Shown here piece after piece: positions 13,831-27,823 of a DNA stretch of 64,000 bases. The stretch comes from the human T2T-CHM13v2.0 reference genome, Homo sapiens. Below the pieces are notes generated by a model. The model saw only the letters and a list, made by a program, of their open reading frames with translations, was not told the origin of the DNA and searched no databases. Position 1 is the first letter of the stretch. Every line of letters starts with the position of its first letter. The stretch is taken from NCBI RefSeq assembly GCF_009914755.1, contig NC_060926.1; one strand, given 5' to 3'. The position numbers were made by a program, and so were the translations under genes.

Positions 13831-14939
13831 AATAATTAATTAAAAATTAAAATTATGAAAATGATTACCTCGATATAAAAATGATGAGACTATGAATAAA
13901 TATCAAATATCTTAAAACTGTGCATTTCAGTCAATGAACACTTTCACCTGCTATATATTAAGTTCTCAATTATGATGTCACATCTCAAAATGTTAAACCA
14001 TGGCCTTTTGAAAGACTTTTAATTTGCAAATGATTTTCACACACGTGAATCCTGATTTAAACAAAGTCAAATTGCATGATAGAAATCTATTCAAGCACAC
14101 TAAAGTTTCATCAGAGAGATTATCATCAGAGAGATCCTTGTGCATACGTTAAGAAATGGTTCTGCACTGATGAAATCTTTAAAATGAGCTTTAAAACTTC
14201 TTACTCAGAGAAAGATATTTACCTTTCTACATTTCTTCATGTAGAAACAAAAACTTGATAGATAGGTCAAATCTGATTGCATCACATTTTGACAATGGAA
14301 AGCCTCTGTTATAAAGGAAAATCTATCCTCTGTTTCCACTACAGAGTAGTGTCACAACATCGATTCTGCTCCTCAATGTGATAATTCAATCATAGATACC
14401 CTTTGGTCAGAATACAAGACAAGAATGTCAGGAAAGCTCTTTCAAAATAAGTTTTGTGTATTTTAACATTTACCAAACATCATTAGTAGAAATGGAAAAA
14501 GCAGGGGAAGTATCTTAGAAAATCCTTACACCCTCTCTCCAAATAAAAAGCATGTATTAAGGCTTCAAAATACTATTTGAGGCATCACAAGAGCTGATAG
14601 TTATATAGAAATTTGTCTTTTCAAACACAATTTTTATAATCATTGTCCCATCACATCCAACCAAGAATAAAGGCTTTTCTTTCTGTCAGTTTCATTTCCT
14701 TGCTTTGGGAAATCGGGAACAGTGAGAACCACCCTGGAGATTGTGGTCAGAGCAGCTGGAGTAACAGGGAGAACCTGTTTGTGCAGGAAGGACCCAGGAA
14801 GGGGCATCTACAATGCACACAGCCACCAAGTCCTCAGTCTCTGTGGGAGCAAGGGGTATTCTAATCTTGGAGAGAATGGCTTCAATCTCTAAAAGGAAAT
14901 ATAGAGATTAAAAATATCTGGCATATTAATATCATGGAT

Positions 14940-15870
14940 ATCAGCCTTTTAAAAAGACAGGAAATTATATGCTACAACATGGATGAACCTTGAGGACACT
15001 ATCCTAAGTAAAACGAGCCAGTCACAAAAAGGAAAAGTAGTGCAACATTCTACTTCTACTTATATGAGGTACCTAGGCTCATCAAGTGTACAGAGGCAGA
15101 AAGGAGAATGTTGGCTCTGAGGGCGCTGGGGGTGCTGAGGGGAATGGGGACATGTGTTTAATGCACCCAAAGTTTCAGTCTGGGAAGATGAAACCGTTCT
15201 GGAGGGGGATGGTAAATGTACTTTATTTCATTAAACTCTTCACCTAAAAATGGTTAAAATGGTAAATTTTATGTTAAGCATATTGTATTTATCAGGGTTC
15301 TCTAGAAGGACAGAACTAATAGGATATATGTATTTATGAAGGGGAGTATATTAAGGAGATTTTACTAACATGGTCACAAGGTAAAGTCCCAAGGCAGGCT
15401 GTCTGCAAGCTGAGGAGCAAGGAAGCCAGTAGTGGCTCAGTCTGAGTCCCAAAACCTCAAAAGTTGGGAAGCCAACAGTGCAGCCTCCAGTCTGTGGCTG
15501 AGGGCAGGAGAGTCCCTGGCAAACCACTGGTGTTAAGTCCAAGAGTCCAAAGGCCAAGAACTCAGAATCTGATGTTCAAGGGCAGGAAGCATCCAGCATG
15601 GGAGAAAGATGAAAGCCAGAAGACAAAGCAAGTCAGCTTCTTCCACCTTCTTCTGCCTGCTTTCTCTAGCTGCGCTGGCAGCCGATTGGATGGTGCCCAC
15701 CTATATTGTGGGTGAGTCTCTCCCAGTACACTGACTCAAATGTTAATCTCTTCTGGCAACACCCAGAAACACCCAGAAATGCCCAGAAACAATATTTTGC
15801 ATCCTTCAATCCAATCAAGTTGACACTTAAAATTAATCATCACACATATTTTACCAGAATAAAAATAAAG
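14940..15870 (+). mobile_element. L1M (MA/MB-type) 3' end split by MLT2A2
   Basis: atgctacaacatggatgaaccttgaggacactatcctaagt...aaaatggttaaaatggtaaattttatg, resuming as catattttaccagaataaaaa. Confidence 0.8.
15284..15844 (-). mobile_element. MLT2A2-like solo LTR
   Basis: Longer MLT2A form carrying the gccaacagtgcagcctccagtctgtgg block. TSD CATAT at 15279-15283 and 15845-15849. Confidence 0.9.
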
Positions 15871-15879
15871 ACACCACAG

Positions 15880-16265
15880 GGTAAAGCAGCAGTTCCTCAT
15901 GGTATGCTTCTTCATGACACAGGGACATCACCTGGGAATTCATGAAACAAATACAATATTGTAAACCTCAAACCAGACCCACCTAATCAGAAACTCTAGG
16001 GGAAACCCTAGCAACCTCTGACCAGCTCTCCAGGTGATTCTGATGCACACTTCCATCTGAGAACTCTTGTGTAGGGGCCAAGAGCATGAAATCAATTCCA
16101 CCTTGCTTCTCATGCTAGCTGTGTACTGTGCCAGTTATGTGCCTTAGAGCAAGTGTTTAACCACCCTGTAATTCAGTTTCCCCATCTGTAAAATGGAGAT
16201 ACTGATATTGCTTTGAGATAATTAATTGAAAACTGTATCTATCATCGTAGTAATCTGTCACTAAA
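15880..16265. mobile_element. MER5A-like fragment followed by MIR
   Basis: aatcagaaactctagggg...ctccaggtgattctgatgcacac (MER5A) and cagtttccccatctgtaaaatggagata (MIR). Confidence 0.7.
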
Positions 16266-17299
16266 CATTTGGTCTTATTAGCAGCTAAGAAAAATTTACC
16301 TCAATTATTTGGCATCTTCCCTTATCTGCCTCATACCACAAATTCTACCAATAAAATGACTGTAGACTTCAGAAGCCTTGCACACCTGTTTCCAACTGTC
16401 AGTAGAACTGGGAGCAGGGGTAATGAATTTAATTTAAAACCCATAATATGAAAGTTTAATTTATATGCAAGGCACTGAAATGTAGATTTATATAGGCTCA
16501 GAAGTCACTAAAAATTTCTCTTCTGGCCGTAGAGGGCTCTAGTCTCATGGGTGGGATCTCAAAAGTCTATTCGGTGACAAAAATTCTCTCAGACAGCTCA
16601 CAGCATTCTAAGCAATTTTAAGGTGAAGATAAGCCTTCATTTTTAGGTACACACAATTTCATTAGCATCTTAGAACCTCAGGAACAGTAACAATAAAATA
16701 TTTCATGCAGATCTTATCACACTTAAAATGAAGGGAGAATGTGAACAGTGTCCCTGGAGACAACGATAGTTCCCAGTTCAACTACCCTAGAGTTCTGCTA
16801 GCAGAACCAATCAGGGTTGGAAGCTAGCTGTATCTCTCTCTTTATTTAAAATGCAAACAAACTGGATTTCTCCACTGTGTCAATTTACATTAACACGTCG
16901 ACACTGCCTTCCCACACCCAGGAAGTTTGGGACATGGGCACAAAGTAAATTCATTCCTATCTTTTGGATTTATCAAGGATTTCTGAAGTTACATGAGTAT
17001 GTGTATTCTAAACGGATCTCAATTTCTTATGCAGGTGCATTTGGGTCTGTTTTTGCCTAATATATCTTAACTTTTAAGGAACAAATATCAATATTTAAAA
17101 CATATGAAATTCCAGGAAACCTGATAGAGAAAATATCACAGATGGCTCCAGACTGAAGCCCTGTACAAGTGGAAAGGAGAGGTACCCTTTGGGTTCAGAC
17201 ATTGATCTGCTTACCAAAATAATACATCTGTCAGGGCTCAGTGGGGTCCAAACTGTAAAACGCTATGGATTCTCCCTTCCATACTGCCTGGGAGCTGGT

Positions 17300-17575
17300 A
17301 CTATGACTGTTAACACTTTAGGTAAAAAGACACAGAGGGGCAGAAAGGCTAAGTAACTTGCTTAAGGTCAGAATTATTAAGTGATAGAATAACAATTGGC
17401 ACTCAGAATCCCGACAAGTATTTTCCACCCTTTCTACTCCCAGCATCAGTATCTCCTGGGAAGTTGCTAGAAGTTGCAGAGTGCATCCCCTACCCTAGTG
17501 CTATGCAACTGAAACCGCATTTTAACAAGTTCCTGAAGCTTTTCTCCTCATTTTAATGTTTGGGGGGCATTGCTT
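17300..17575. mobile_element. MIR plus MER5-like fragments
   Basis: ggctaagtaacttgcttaaggtca (MIR) and cagcatcagtatctcctgggaagttgctagaa...gcattttaacaag (MER5). Confidence 0.55.
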
Positions 17576-18602
17576 TACCTTTAAGCTATTCAGCCACAGT
17601 ACCATAGTGCCTAAAATTTCATATCATATCCTGTTTTGAATTACGGTAAATAATACCTGCTAAATAAAGGGAAACAGTGTATCTGATAAAAACCCAGTCC
17701 CAGCCTGATAGCTAGAGAGTGGAGAGGGTAAGTTCCAGCATTTGGATCCTGCAGCCGATATTTTCCAGAAGTGATTCCTACATCAGTGTGTAAAGGTAGC
17801 AGGTTTGCAGAGGATAAGACTCAAACCCGAGTTGTTGTGCAGGCCCCAGAAGAAGGAACTATGGAAACTTGCAGATGGTCATGAGATGCCATCTGATGGC
17901 TGAGGAGGTGGGAAAGAAAGCAGAGACACATAGGCTGTTGATGACAAAGGATGCCTAGAAAAATACTGTTTGATCAACCACCACTCCATGCACTTTCTCA
18001 CCCCCAAACCCACATTTTACAGGAGAATAAACAGATGGATAATGTCTTCCCAGGTTACACAGCCAAACACTGGACAAGCCAGCAGATAACTCAAGGCTGT
18101 GACCACCATTCCAGTCCTGTTTCCTTGGTCACTAGGATCCCCTGAATGCTTTGAGATTCAAGTAACATTCATTTCAAAAGAATAAAAGGGAAGGATCAGA
18201 ATGATGAACGTTCTCCTCAAATTCTACTTTCTCTCTAGAAATCAAAATAAAGTTAAAAGTAGAATCTCAAGAGGGCCTTTTGCAATCACACAATTCCACT
18301 GTCCACAAAACAAATCATTTGAAATCAGCAAAAGGTGCTAGGATCCATATAACCATATGATTGTGCTATGCTATGATCAGGCAACTAAAAACCAGTGGAA
18401 AGAGACAAAGAAACTTACTGGATTCTTCAGAGAGTAATATAATTTACAAATGGACTACAGAATATGCACTGTGTTAGCCAAAGACTCAGAATCATGCAAA
18501 TGTGGACAAATTGAAGGGTGTTTGGGAAATTTGCATGAGGGCATTTGAGTGGGACTAGGAGGATGCAGCAGAAAGGAAGCTGGGTGCAGAGTCTGAGGAT
18601 TG

Positions 18603-18970
18603 TGTATTAGTTCATTTTCACACTGCTGTGAAGAAACACCCAAGACTAGGTAATTTATAAAGGAAAGAGGTTTAATTGACTTACAGTTCTGATGGCTGGG
18701 AAGGCCTCAGGAAGCTTAGAGTCATGGCGGAAGGCAAACTGTAAGCAAGGACTTTCTTCACATGGTGGCAGGAAAGAGACAGAAGAGAACAGGAGAAACC
18801 ACCACTTATAAAACCACCAGACCTCATGAGAACTCACTCACTTTCATAAGAACAGCATGGGGGTCACCACCCCCATGATCCAATCATCTCCTGCCAGGTC
18901 CCTCCCTTGACAGGTGGGTATTGCAGTTAGAGATGAGATTCGGGTGGGGACACAGAGCCAAACGATTTCA
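18603..18970 (-). mobile_element. THE1 (D-like) solo LTR
   Basis: tgtattagttcattttcacactgc...gggacacagagccaaacgatttca. Confidence 0.88.
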
Positions 18971-21727
18971 GGCAAGTTCTGACAGTCAGTCCCCATGTGG
19001 CCCTATTACCTTATTCAAACGCTTTGTGACCTCTGGGCCATATTTCTCTCATCTTAAGACAAAGAAACAACATATGCTCTAGTTCTGCACAAAAATGTTA
19101 TGAAAATTAAAATGAGATTACTAGAAAACACCTCATAAGCTCTAATTTCTCTGTACTTTGATTCACTGTTTTTTGAATGAGGAAAGAAGTGAATGGAATG
19201 AAGCAATGCTAAGGCATCTTGATCCTTGTCATTGAGAGATGAAAGTGGTTAGAGAGAGAAGTTACTGCATACTCAAGACATTCTCATCATTTCCTTATTC
19301 TGCTTTTGCTCACCGCATATTAATCAGGTTTGCTTATTGCCAGTTAAGATTAGAAACTGCTGAGGGAAAGTTTTTTAGAGTGCCTTGGTCCTCATTGCCC
19401 AAAGAGTACCCTGGGATATGTTAATGGCCAGATATTTTGGTAAAGAAAATAGAACCTGGACAGATCATGCCATTTGAAAGAGAGGAACTGAACAGTGGAG
19501 TCACTGACATTCTCCCCAGTTATTCTTAGGTTTCATTCTCTGTCCCTTTAGCCAGAAGCCCATAGGAAGAAAAATCCATTCAACTGGTTTCTCAGGAATG
19601 CCTGTAGCACAGCGGTCAGGTGTGCGACTCCTCCAAGCCTTTCCCACCTACCCTCAGGAGGAAAAGTTTTAGTTTTCAGAAGCTGTTGAGAAACCACAAA
19701 GCTCCCATGGGTGGTGGTGCTGCTGTGGGGACCTGCTGCTTCTCTAGGACCATAATATCCAACATTTCTAAAAAGAAATTGCCAATAAGAAATGCCAAGA
19801 GAGAAGAGGATGAGAAAAGGAAGGGTCTTTGAGTAGAAGTCCATAATTGGACTTGGATCACTAAACACAAATAAGATCTGACCAAGGAACTTGGGAGTCC
19901 CAGGAGCAACTGTGTGTTTCTGGCAGGGTCACCCACAGTTACGCCTCTAATCTGCCTTTGCAGCCAGTGAGAGCCAGTAGGTGCGGCTGCTGCTCCCACA
20001 GCAAGATTCCTGTTGCCCAGAGGAGGGACCAGCGGCCAGCCTGAGCCATCCCCTACAATGCAGGCTTGGAAGAGTCTCTTGCAAAACACTTTTCCCAAGT
20101 TTTGTTTTCCTACTTTTCAATGTCAGATATCTGAAGAAAGATTAAGTGTAGAATGACTTCTAATGTTTCTAGGATCCTAAAGCAAATCTTTCTTTTAAGG
20201 TTTTCAATGACCAAATTAATTAATAACAAATACATTACATCTTCCTTGGGTTTCAATAATGGTTAGAAAAATAAATTTGGTTTGGTGACCACTATAATTT
20301 GTTTTCTGAATTGCAAACAACTTAGGAATGTTTTGGATATTTTAAACTTACCAAACTAATTGAACTGACTACTCCTTTTATAGAATGAGTGGACTTCAGG
20401 AGGGTTTCTTAGAGGCTTATCTTTTTAAGTACTGTGCACCTCACCTTCCTTAAGAAGAATATATACTTCTTCTCTGAGGAGTATGCAATACTTATGAAAG
20501 AGATTGTACTGGTAACAAACTCACAGGAAGAAATAGGGCCTTGAGGTAAAAAGCATTCCTATCAAGCATGATCAGAGTGTCTTTGCTTAAATGTTATTTG
20601 GAATTCAAAGTCATAACCCATCACTACCAAGACAAGTCTGTACTGTGTGACACACAGTGATACTGATAAATTGATTTATTCTGAGTGGGGGCTATCTAAT
20701 AAGACCAAAGTCAGTCCTGATTTGACCAAAGGCATGTCGTATCTAACATATAATAAAAACAAAACAAAACAAAGAACTCAACTCCAAATCCTGGTTGTTT
20801 CCCCCACTAAAATTGCCAGCAGCCTCTCTGCAGACCTGGGCAAGTCACTGAATCCCTCTCAGACTTAATTCCCCCTTAACAAATGAAAAAACAACAACAA
20901 TATACATTGCTATAATCCCTCATTTAAAAAAAGAAAATAAACAGTTGTCTTTAAGTTTTTAAACTCTAAAGTATTATAATTCTCTAAGTTCATTGAGAGA
21001 AAGCTAAAAGTTGCCAACCGTTTTCTCTGTTTCAGCTAAGAGTGTATTTCCTTGGAAATGACCTTGAAATCTGATAAAACACCTAAACCTCAGGTCCAAG
21101 TAAATAACTTTAACCTACTCTATGCTTTCATAGTTTCCTTGGTTGAGAAAACTAAAAACCGCCCCAAGTCTAGACATGTCTAACACAAGAATGTTCAGAG
21201 CGTTCAGATAAGAGGTAAGATGAATCTGCATGTTTGATGTGGGGAGATGATCATGTGTCAGAACACAAGCACCGATCCAGATGACAGTTTAATGAGGTTA
21301 TGTGGATAATTATATTATAGATTAGTGCCCTGACATGAAATGACCTCTTTTTGGCAAAATTCAAGTTTGCCATAGGATTCAAGCAGCTATTTATATCAGG
21401 AGACCTTAGTAGAATGCTATCTCTTGTCTAAGTTTAAAAACTATGGAAAAAAATTACACAGTCAAAATTGTTGAAAAAATTTATACAAATGTGAAATTTA
21501 TATAAAATTAGCCAAGTTAATTGAAATCACAGCAGATAAAGGTTAATGTACTTATTATATAAAGAGCTAGTGCAATTCTAATTGAAAACCACTAAAGCCT
21601 CAATAAATGAGCAAAGCCTATGAATAGATAATTTTAAGAAGCATGACTGGCTAAATCACATGCTCACACACTAGAAATCAGAGAACCGCATTTTTGATTA
21701 CCAAATCACAACACACTGATCCACATA

Positions 21728-22105
21728 ATCACACACACATACACATACACACACATACACTCATACACATACACACATACACATACACACATACTCATAC
21801 ACATACACACAGATACAGCACACACTCATACACATACACACAAACACACACACATACACACACATACACACTCATACACATACACACAGGTACACACACA
21901 TCCACACATCCACACACACATACACACATGCACACACATACACACATACACATACATACACAGATACACATACACACATACACACACTCATACACATACA
22001 GACACACACATACGCACACACATACACACAAGCACACACACACAGATACACACATACACATACACACACATACATACACACACACATACAGACACACCCC
22101 AACAC
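21728..22105. repeat. Degenerate (CA/CATA)n low-complexity tract
   Basis: Directly visible. Explains the HT-rich and CV-rich pseudo-ORFs. Confidence 0.95.
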
Positions 22106-24997
22106 ATGATGAAAGTTCAATCCAATAGAATGAACCCACCCATTCACTGTTGGTAGAAGGTGCAAAACTGGTTAGCGTTTTAATAGCAATGTACTGAAAA
22201 GTTTCAGCTACACAATAAATATGATTATGAATTGAATTAATAACTTTCTCATAGAAAAATATCACACTATTAATAGTGGTATCTGAGTTTTGTAGCACTG
22301 TATATCATTCAAGAAAGTTATCTTTTTATATTTTTTAATTTTTCTATACTTTAAATGATAAGAGAAATAATTATGTTTAAGAAAATGCTAACTTCTTCAC
22401 ACACTGCCTACGCATGATGCTTCTGTGTTAGTCCTATCCAGCTGATATGGTCTATGTAAAGTTCATTCCCAAAGTACATTTTTTTAAAGTAAAAGGGTGT
22501 CACAGAATTAAAGTGCTACTTTGATGTCGAAATAGATTACTGCATTGGAAAGAGATTTTATATTAATACATAATAATGAGTCCTGGAGAAAGAAAAGAGT
22601 TTCCTCTAAAACATCTTCCAAACATTATGTAAAATAATTCAGTAAGACTAAGGTTTGCATCACTGCAATGACGCCTTACAATATCTACTTGAGGTTTGCG
22701 TGAATTTTAAATGATTTGCTCCATCTCGCTGTTTGGAAGCAAGCAGGCATGTGGAGTCTCGGATTTCATGTAACAGAGACCTGGTTCAGAGGAAAAGCTT
22801 TACAAAGACCTGACTGTACTGGTCCTGTTCTCTCCAGCCTCTGAGCAGATGTACCATCAAAGCTCCTCCGCAAGTGTGTGGTACAAACACTCAGAGAGTC
22901 TCTGAATTTTCCCATAGTAGTAAGCCTAGTGGGAACCACAACCCCGTTCCAAATTATCTGTGTATTAAAGAATTTCTCTCCATCTTAAATACTTCCTCTG
23001 AATCTTTTCAAGCTCCGTTCTAATGATGAAGAGGCCGCAGCCCACACCGCATGCACTTTGGAAAACCGCATCCTTTGGTCTTTAGTGATTCGGGGAAACT
23101 TCCGGCTTCACAGATTTTTTTTTCTCTGTTGTCTCGATTTTTTGATTTCTTATCCTTTGATTTTAGTCTGAACTCAAAGCCTTTAAAATACATTTTAAAA
23201 CACAAATAACTGTCTACTTTGGAGCAAATTAAAGACAAGCTACACCCAAGGTCCTCCAAGATGCAAGCATCGCCACTTCACAGAACTCCCGGTTTTATGG
23301 TTGATTTCCTTTCTTCATTTGCCAAGGATTGACAGGCAATGGAATTTAAAATGCAGAGCCATATGACAGCTGCAGTACAATGCTCAGTGCGAAGATAAAA
23401 GCCAGTGTTTCGAAATCAGGAGGCCGATTCCCAGGCTGCACCCGGAGCTTGCTCGCCACGCCTGCACATTAATGGGAGGTCGCAGGAGCCCGCCTGGTGG
23501 GGCAGACGTATGTTCTGCGGTGCTTTTAAACGTGGCGGCAGAACACCTGTGCAGGAGATGCACAAAGATAAACTCGTCCATCTTTTATGCATCCATAAAA
23601 ACATGACAGATTGTGGGCCACAGAGCCACATGTCGTGGGGTCTTTTTAATTCAACAGTAATCCTGTTCTTGTTATAATTTCACCCATTTAAAAAGAAGCT
23701 AGGCCACAGAAAACCTTGTCTTCTCAAACAGATTTTCTTTGGAAACATTCTACTTATAAGAAACTGACATCTACTTATAACCGGCATGGTTTAATTGCTT
23801 TAAATAAACTTAGCCTGTCTTTTAAGATAAAAGAAAACAAAGTTGGCTAGACTTTCCTACTTCCAGTCAGAGCTCATGTATACATGGGCCCTGAGGCATC
23901 CATTCCGCATGAAATGTGTAAGGTCTGGGTGACAATAAGATGGATTCCAATATTTCCCTGTAGGTAATTATAGCTGACTTCATCAGCATCTTTTCCCCCT
24001 CCTTTTGAGAATTAAGAAAGTGTATGTGTTAATTTCATACTTTCTGCATAAGTTGCTTTGATAGCAATCTTGTGGCCATGTGGATCTTTACAAATTAGTA
24101 TTTGTTTCAAACAGTCCAAGCAGCCCATCCCTTCTTACTTAATTAAGTCAGTTTTCCCAAGAAATGTCCTCCAAGTTTGAAAAACCTACAGTTGAATATG
24201 GGCAGTAATTCATTTATGAACATTCTGTCCAATTAGCAAAAAATGTATGAAACCAAGACTTTCTTTCCCTCGGATTTTCAAAGTAAGCCATCCATTAATT
24301 GTGTTGTGTTTGCAGCCTCTATAAACTGCAGTATGCAAATGTCGCTCCTGCACATCCAGCTCTGTCCTTATTGGTGCTTCTGGCTTCATTTTGTGAAGAA
24401 GAGAACAAAGCTGGCTTATAACAAGGCCACTTATCTTTAATCATGTCCAACTGAGAGAGAGAGAGAGAGAGAGAAAGAAGCCTATATCTAAAGCCAGGAG
24501 GAAATCACCATTTAAGTCACAGGCATACGGTAGAAAGGTAAATATTCCTAGAATCATTATTATTGCAAATATTGTCCATTACAATTACTTTATGTGTTCT
24601 TATGTGTGAAAAATTGGTCATCTCTGTAGCTATTCCTGCTTAAAACAAAATAGTGACACCCAGTAGCAAGCAGGTTAGTAAGCACAGATTGGGGAGAAGG
24701 CATAGATGGCTCAGCTAGTGTGGACTGGCTTGGCTTCTCGTCCCAGTTGTTATGCATTAGGCAGCATACCAGATTATACAAAACCAAAAACAAATCAGCA
24801 TGATTTGATTCTTTCTCATAAAAGCCTTCCCGCTGTTTTTTTTTCTATTGACCAAAATTATTCACAGCTATGTGAACCTATACACATTGAAAAGTCATTT
24901 TGGCATTTGGTAAACATTCTGGAAACACGCACATTTGTAACTATGGCAGCCACCACCTGTATTTGCTGAAGTGCCAGGAATATACATGTTCAGGTGC

Positions 24998-25001
<4 letters not shown>

Positions 25002-25079
<78 letters not shown>

Positions 25080-25347
25080 AGTGTATATACACTCAAATAT
25101 ATATATAATAGGGGCCTCAGTATATATATATTTAGTGGACTACTGGACTACTATATATATTTATATAAATATATTTAGTGGACTACTGGACTACTATATA
25201 TATATACTCATATAAATATAATAGGGGCCTCAGTATATATATATATACTGATATATATATGTGTATATATATATACACATATACTGGGTGTGTGTATATA
25301 TATATACATATATACATATATACCCGGTATATATATATATATACACC

Positions 25348-25381
<34 letters not shown>

Positions 25382-25384
25382 TCA

Positions 25385-25432
<48 letters not shown>

Positions 25433-25470
25433 TGAGGCCCCTATTATATTTAGTGGACTACTGGACTACC
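25002..25470. repeat. Compound (TA)n/(CA)n microsatellite with embedded copies of the flank
   Basis: Directly visible; detailed under findings. Confidence 0.95.
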
Positions 25471-25592
25471 GTGGTATGCTCTAATAGCAATACAGTAAAA
25501 TGATCATTCTACATGGGAAAATCATAGGTTTATGTATGCATTGATAAACTCCTGATGCCAACAAAAAATAAATTGCTAGCTATAAATTATTA

Positions 25593-25648
25593 GTTAATGT
25601 AAGTCAGTGTGCCTAAAAACCGTGTTAGGCACACTGACTTACATTAAC
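25593..25648. repeat. Perfect 24-bp inverted repeat with 8-nt spacer
   Basis: GTTAATGTAAGTCAGTGTGCCTAA-aaaccgtg-TTAGGCACACTGACTTACATTAAC. Confidence 0.97.
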
Positions 25649-25989
25649 CATATCAAACTCAGGATACATTATTTTATGGCACTGGGCTAACAATTATACA
25701 ATAGTAGCTTTATTTTACTGAGGACAATTTTTTCAAATTTACTTTTCTTTGTATATAATTTTTGGTTAACACTGTCTTTAGAAAACAGAACTATGAAGTG
25801 GTTTCTGGTTATCTCTTCTTTCAGATTAGTTTTGATTGATTCATGACACTTAACAAAAATATCTGTTTATTCATCCATATGATAAAAACTAATGCTTTTC
25901 AGGTGCAGCAGATTTTAAAAGAAGACTAAATAATTTTACATATTGGCACATTGCAGCTCTGGGACTGGCAGAACCTCATTGGCCCTGGC

Positions 25990-26325
25990 CCCAGCTCCAA
26001 ACTTATGAAACCCACAGGCTGCTCTCAGCCAGTGACTGAGTGTAGCAGATGTAAGGTTGGCTTGTCCCTGGGGGATGCAGGGCTCTTTTGGCTCCTGGAG
26101 TCTCTGAAGCCCTGGCCAAACTTTCCTTAGAACTGCACTGAGGTCTCAGGGCTTCCACAGAACCTTCCCTCTGGCCCTCTGGCCTTCGCACAAGCTCAGA
26201 TGTGCATTGCGGTTAAATGGCTCTTCCAGCCTCTCCAACTCCCTCCCCACGTTTTCCCACAGGCATTTGCCCTGAGGAATATCATGCTGACTTCTGCCTT
26301 GCTCTCCCTTCTCAGTAATCACACT
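25990..26325 (+). mobile_element. Old ERVL-class LTR (LTR16/LTR33-like)
   Basis: ccctggccaaactttccttagaactgcactgaggtct...cccacaggcatttgccctga resembles old ERVL LTRs. Confidence 0.45.
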
Positions 26326-27823
26326 AGTACAAATCTCAACATTCTCTTTCATGCATTTTTATTAAGACATGTTTGTAATAGATCTCTTTCTAGGAAATTC
26401 CACTGGGAAAGTCATGAAGGATCCATAAGGCAGGATCCCTGGAAAGGCAGGTCCAAGGAGTCCTCTGGAAGGGCCAGTGTTCCCTGGAGCTTGCTACTGC
26501 ATCCCACTGAGCTTCACAGTGTGCTGCTGTGAGCCCCACCTTTCCTACCTGGGTCCACCATAGCTCCGAGTGTCCCACATCATGGCAGCTACTTTCAGTC
26601 CCAACACACAGGACCCTGGTCTAAAAGGAATCACATCTAAAGGAACAGTGCCTCACATCTCATCTCCGTTAGCCACAGGGCATCTCACAGTGAGTCCTCT
26701 GACTCCAGGAGAGACTCAACTCCCTTGCACTCTGCAGAATATTGTCCTTTTAGCTTCGTGACTGTCAAATATTTCTGCGTTGTAAGGATCTGTAAGAGGC
26801 ATTACGCTCTGGCCCTGGGGCTCCGCTGCATTTTCTTCCCACAGAGACCACCATCAGCTCTGCTGTAGACTAAGCAGGAGTCTCTCACTCATATCCTAAC
26901 ATAGCTCTTCCTCAAAGCTGGCTTTTCTTATCAGAGCACCTAAAAAGGCTTTATACTTCTGGGTTTAGCTTCCTGGACATTCATCTGGAACTAAGAGCCC
27001 CATTTTCCAGAAGGCAGAGGATGCATGTTGCTTCTTCTCATCAGAGCAGACTGACTTCAGGTTCCTGCTGTCCCAGAGACAAAGTGAGTTTGAAAGATCC
27101 CTTTAAACTCAGTATCTACTGGGATGGCCTTCCTACATGAGGAAGGCGGACTCCAGGTCTATTTATGTTTATTTTTTTTCCCTCACGGTCTTATCCTACT
27201 CCCTACCTTCTTGTATGAATGCAAGCATGTTAGCCATAGAATTCCATGCCAGCAGGAAACATGCCAATAACAGTTACCAGTATATCTCCGTGCTTAGCAC
27301 AGTGCCTGGCACAAAGACAACGATAAAAGTATTGACTGAAATTAGTGAATATTTGTGGAATGAACACATAAGCAATTGATTAAGTAAATCAGTGGGTTAA
27401 ATGGAGGCATTGGGCACATTTATTTAGGTGCCAGTTTTAGACAGTTAATAATTCATCATATAAATAGATATGGCCAATATGGAAAATGTCCAAAGTGGAA
27501 AAAATAAAGCCTACGATCTTATTCAGTTACTTAATACGACACTTGCACATTGCAGATATTATTATGTTGAATGGACAAAAGAATGAGTGGCATTTTAGAC
27601 AATGCCTCCGGACTAGGCTGTGGAATTAAATACATATAGGCTCAAACTCAAGCTCAACAATTATTAGCTTTGCAACTCAGGGAACATTAAATGCTCTCAA
27701 TGTTAGATTCCTCATTCATGAAAAGACTACAATAATAATTACCACACATGGTTGTCGTGAGGATTACATTAGATAATAGATGTTGTCTGCCTAAGGAGTA
27801 GTTGATTTGAAAATAATAGTTTC

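Noticed and set aside
19548-20098. Overlapping 70-140 aa ORFs and an acceptor-like site near 19550
   Set aside because: No homology I can recognise, and a splice acceptor alone is weak evidence.
21694-22298. HT-repeat and CV-repeat ORFs
   Set aside because: Artefacts of the (CA)n-type low-complexity tract.
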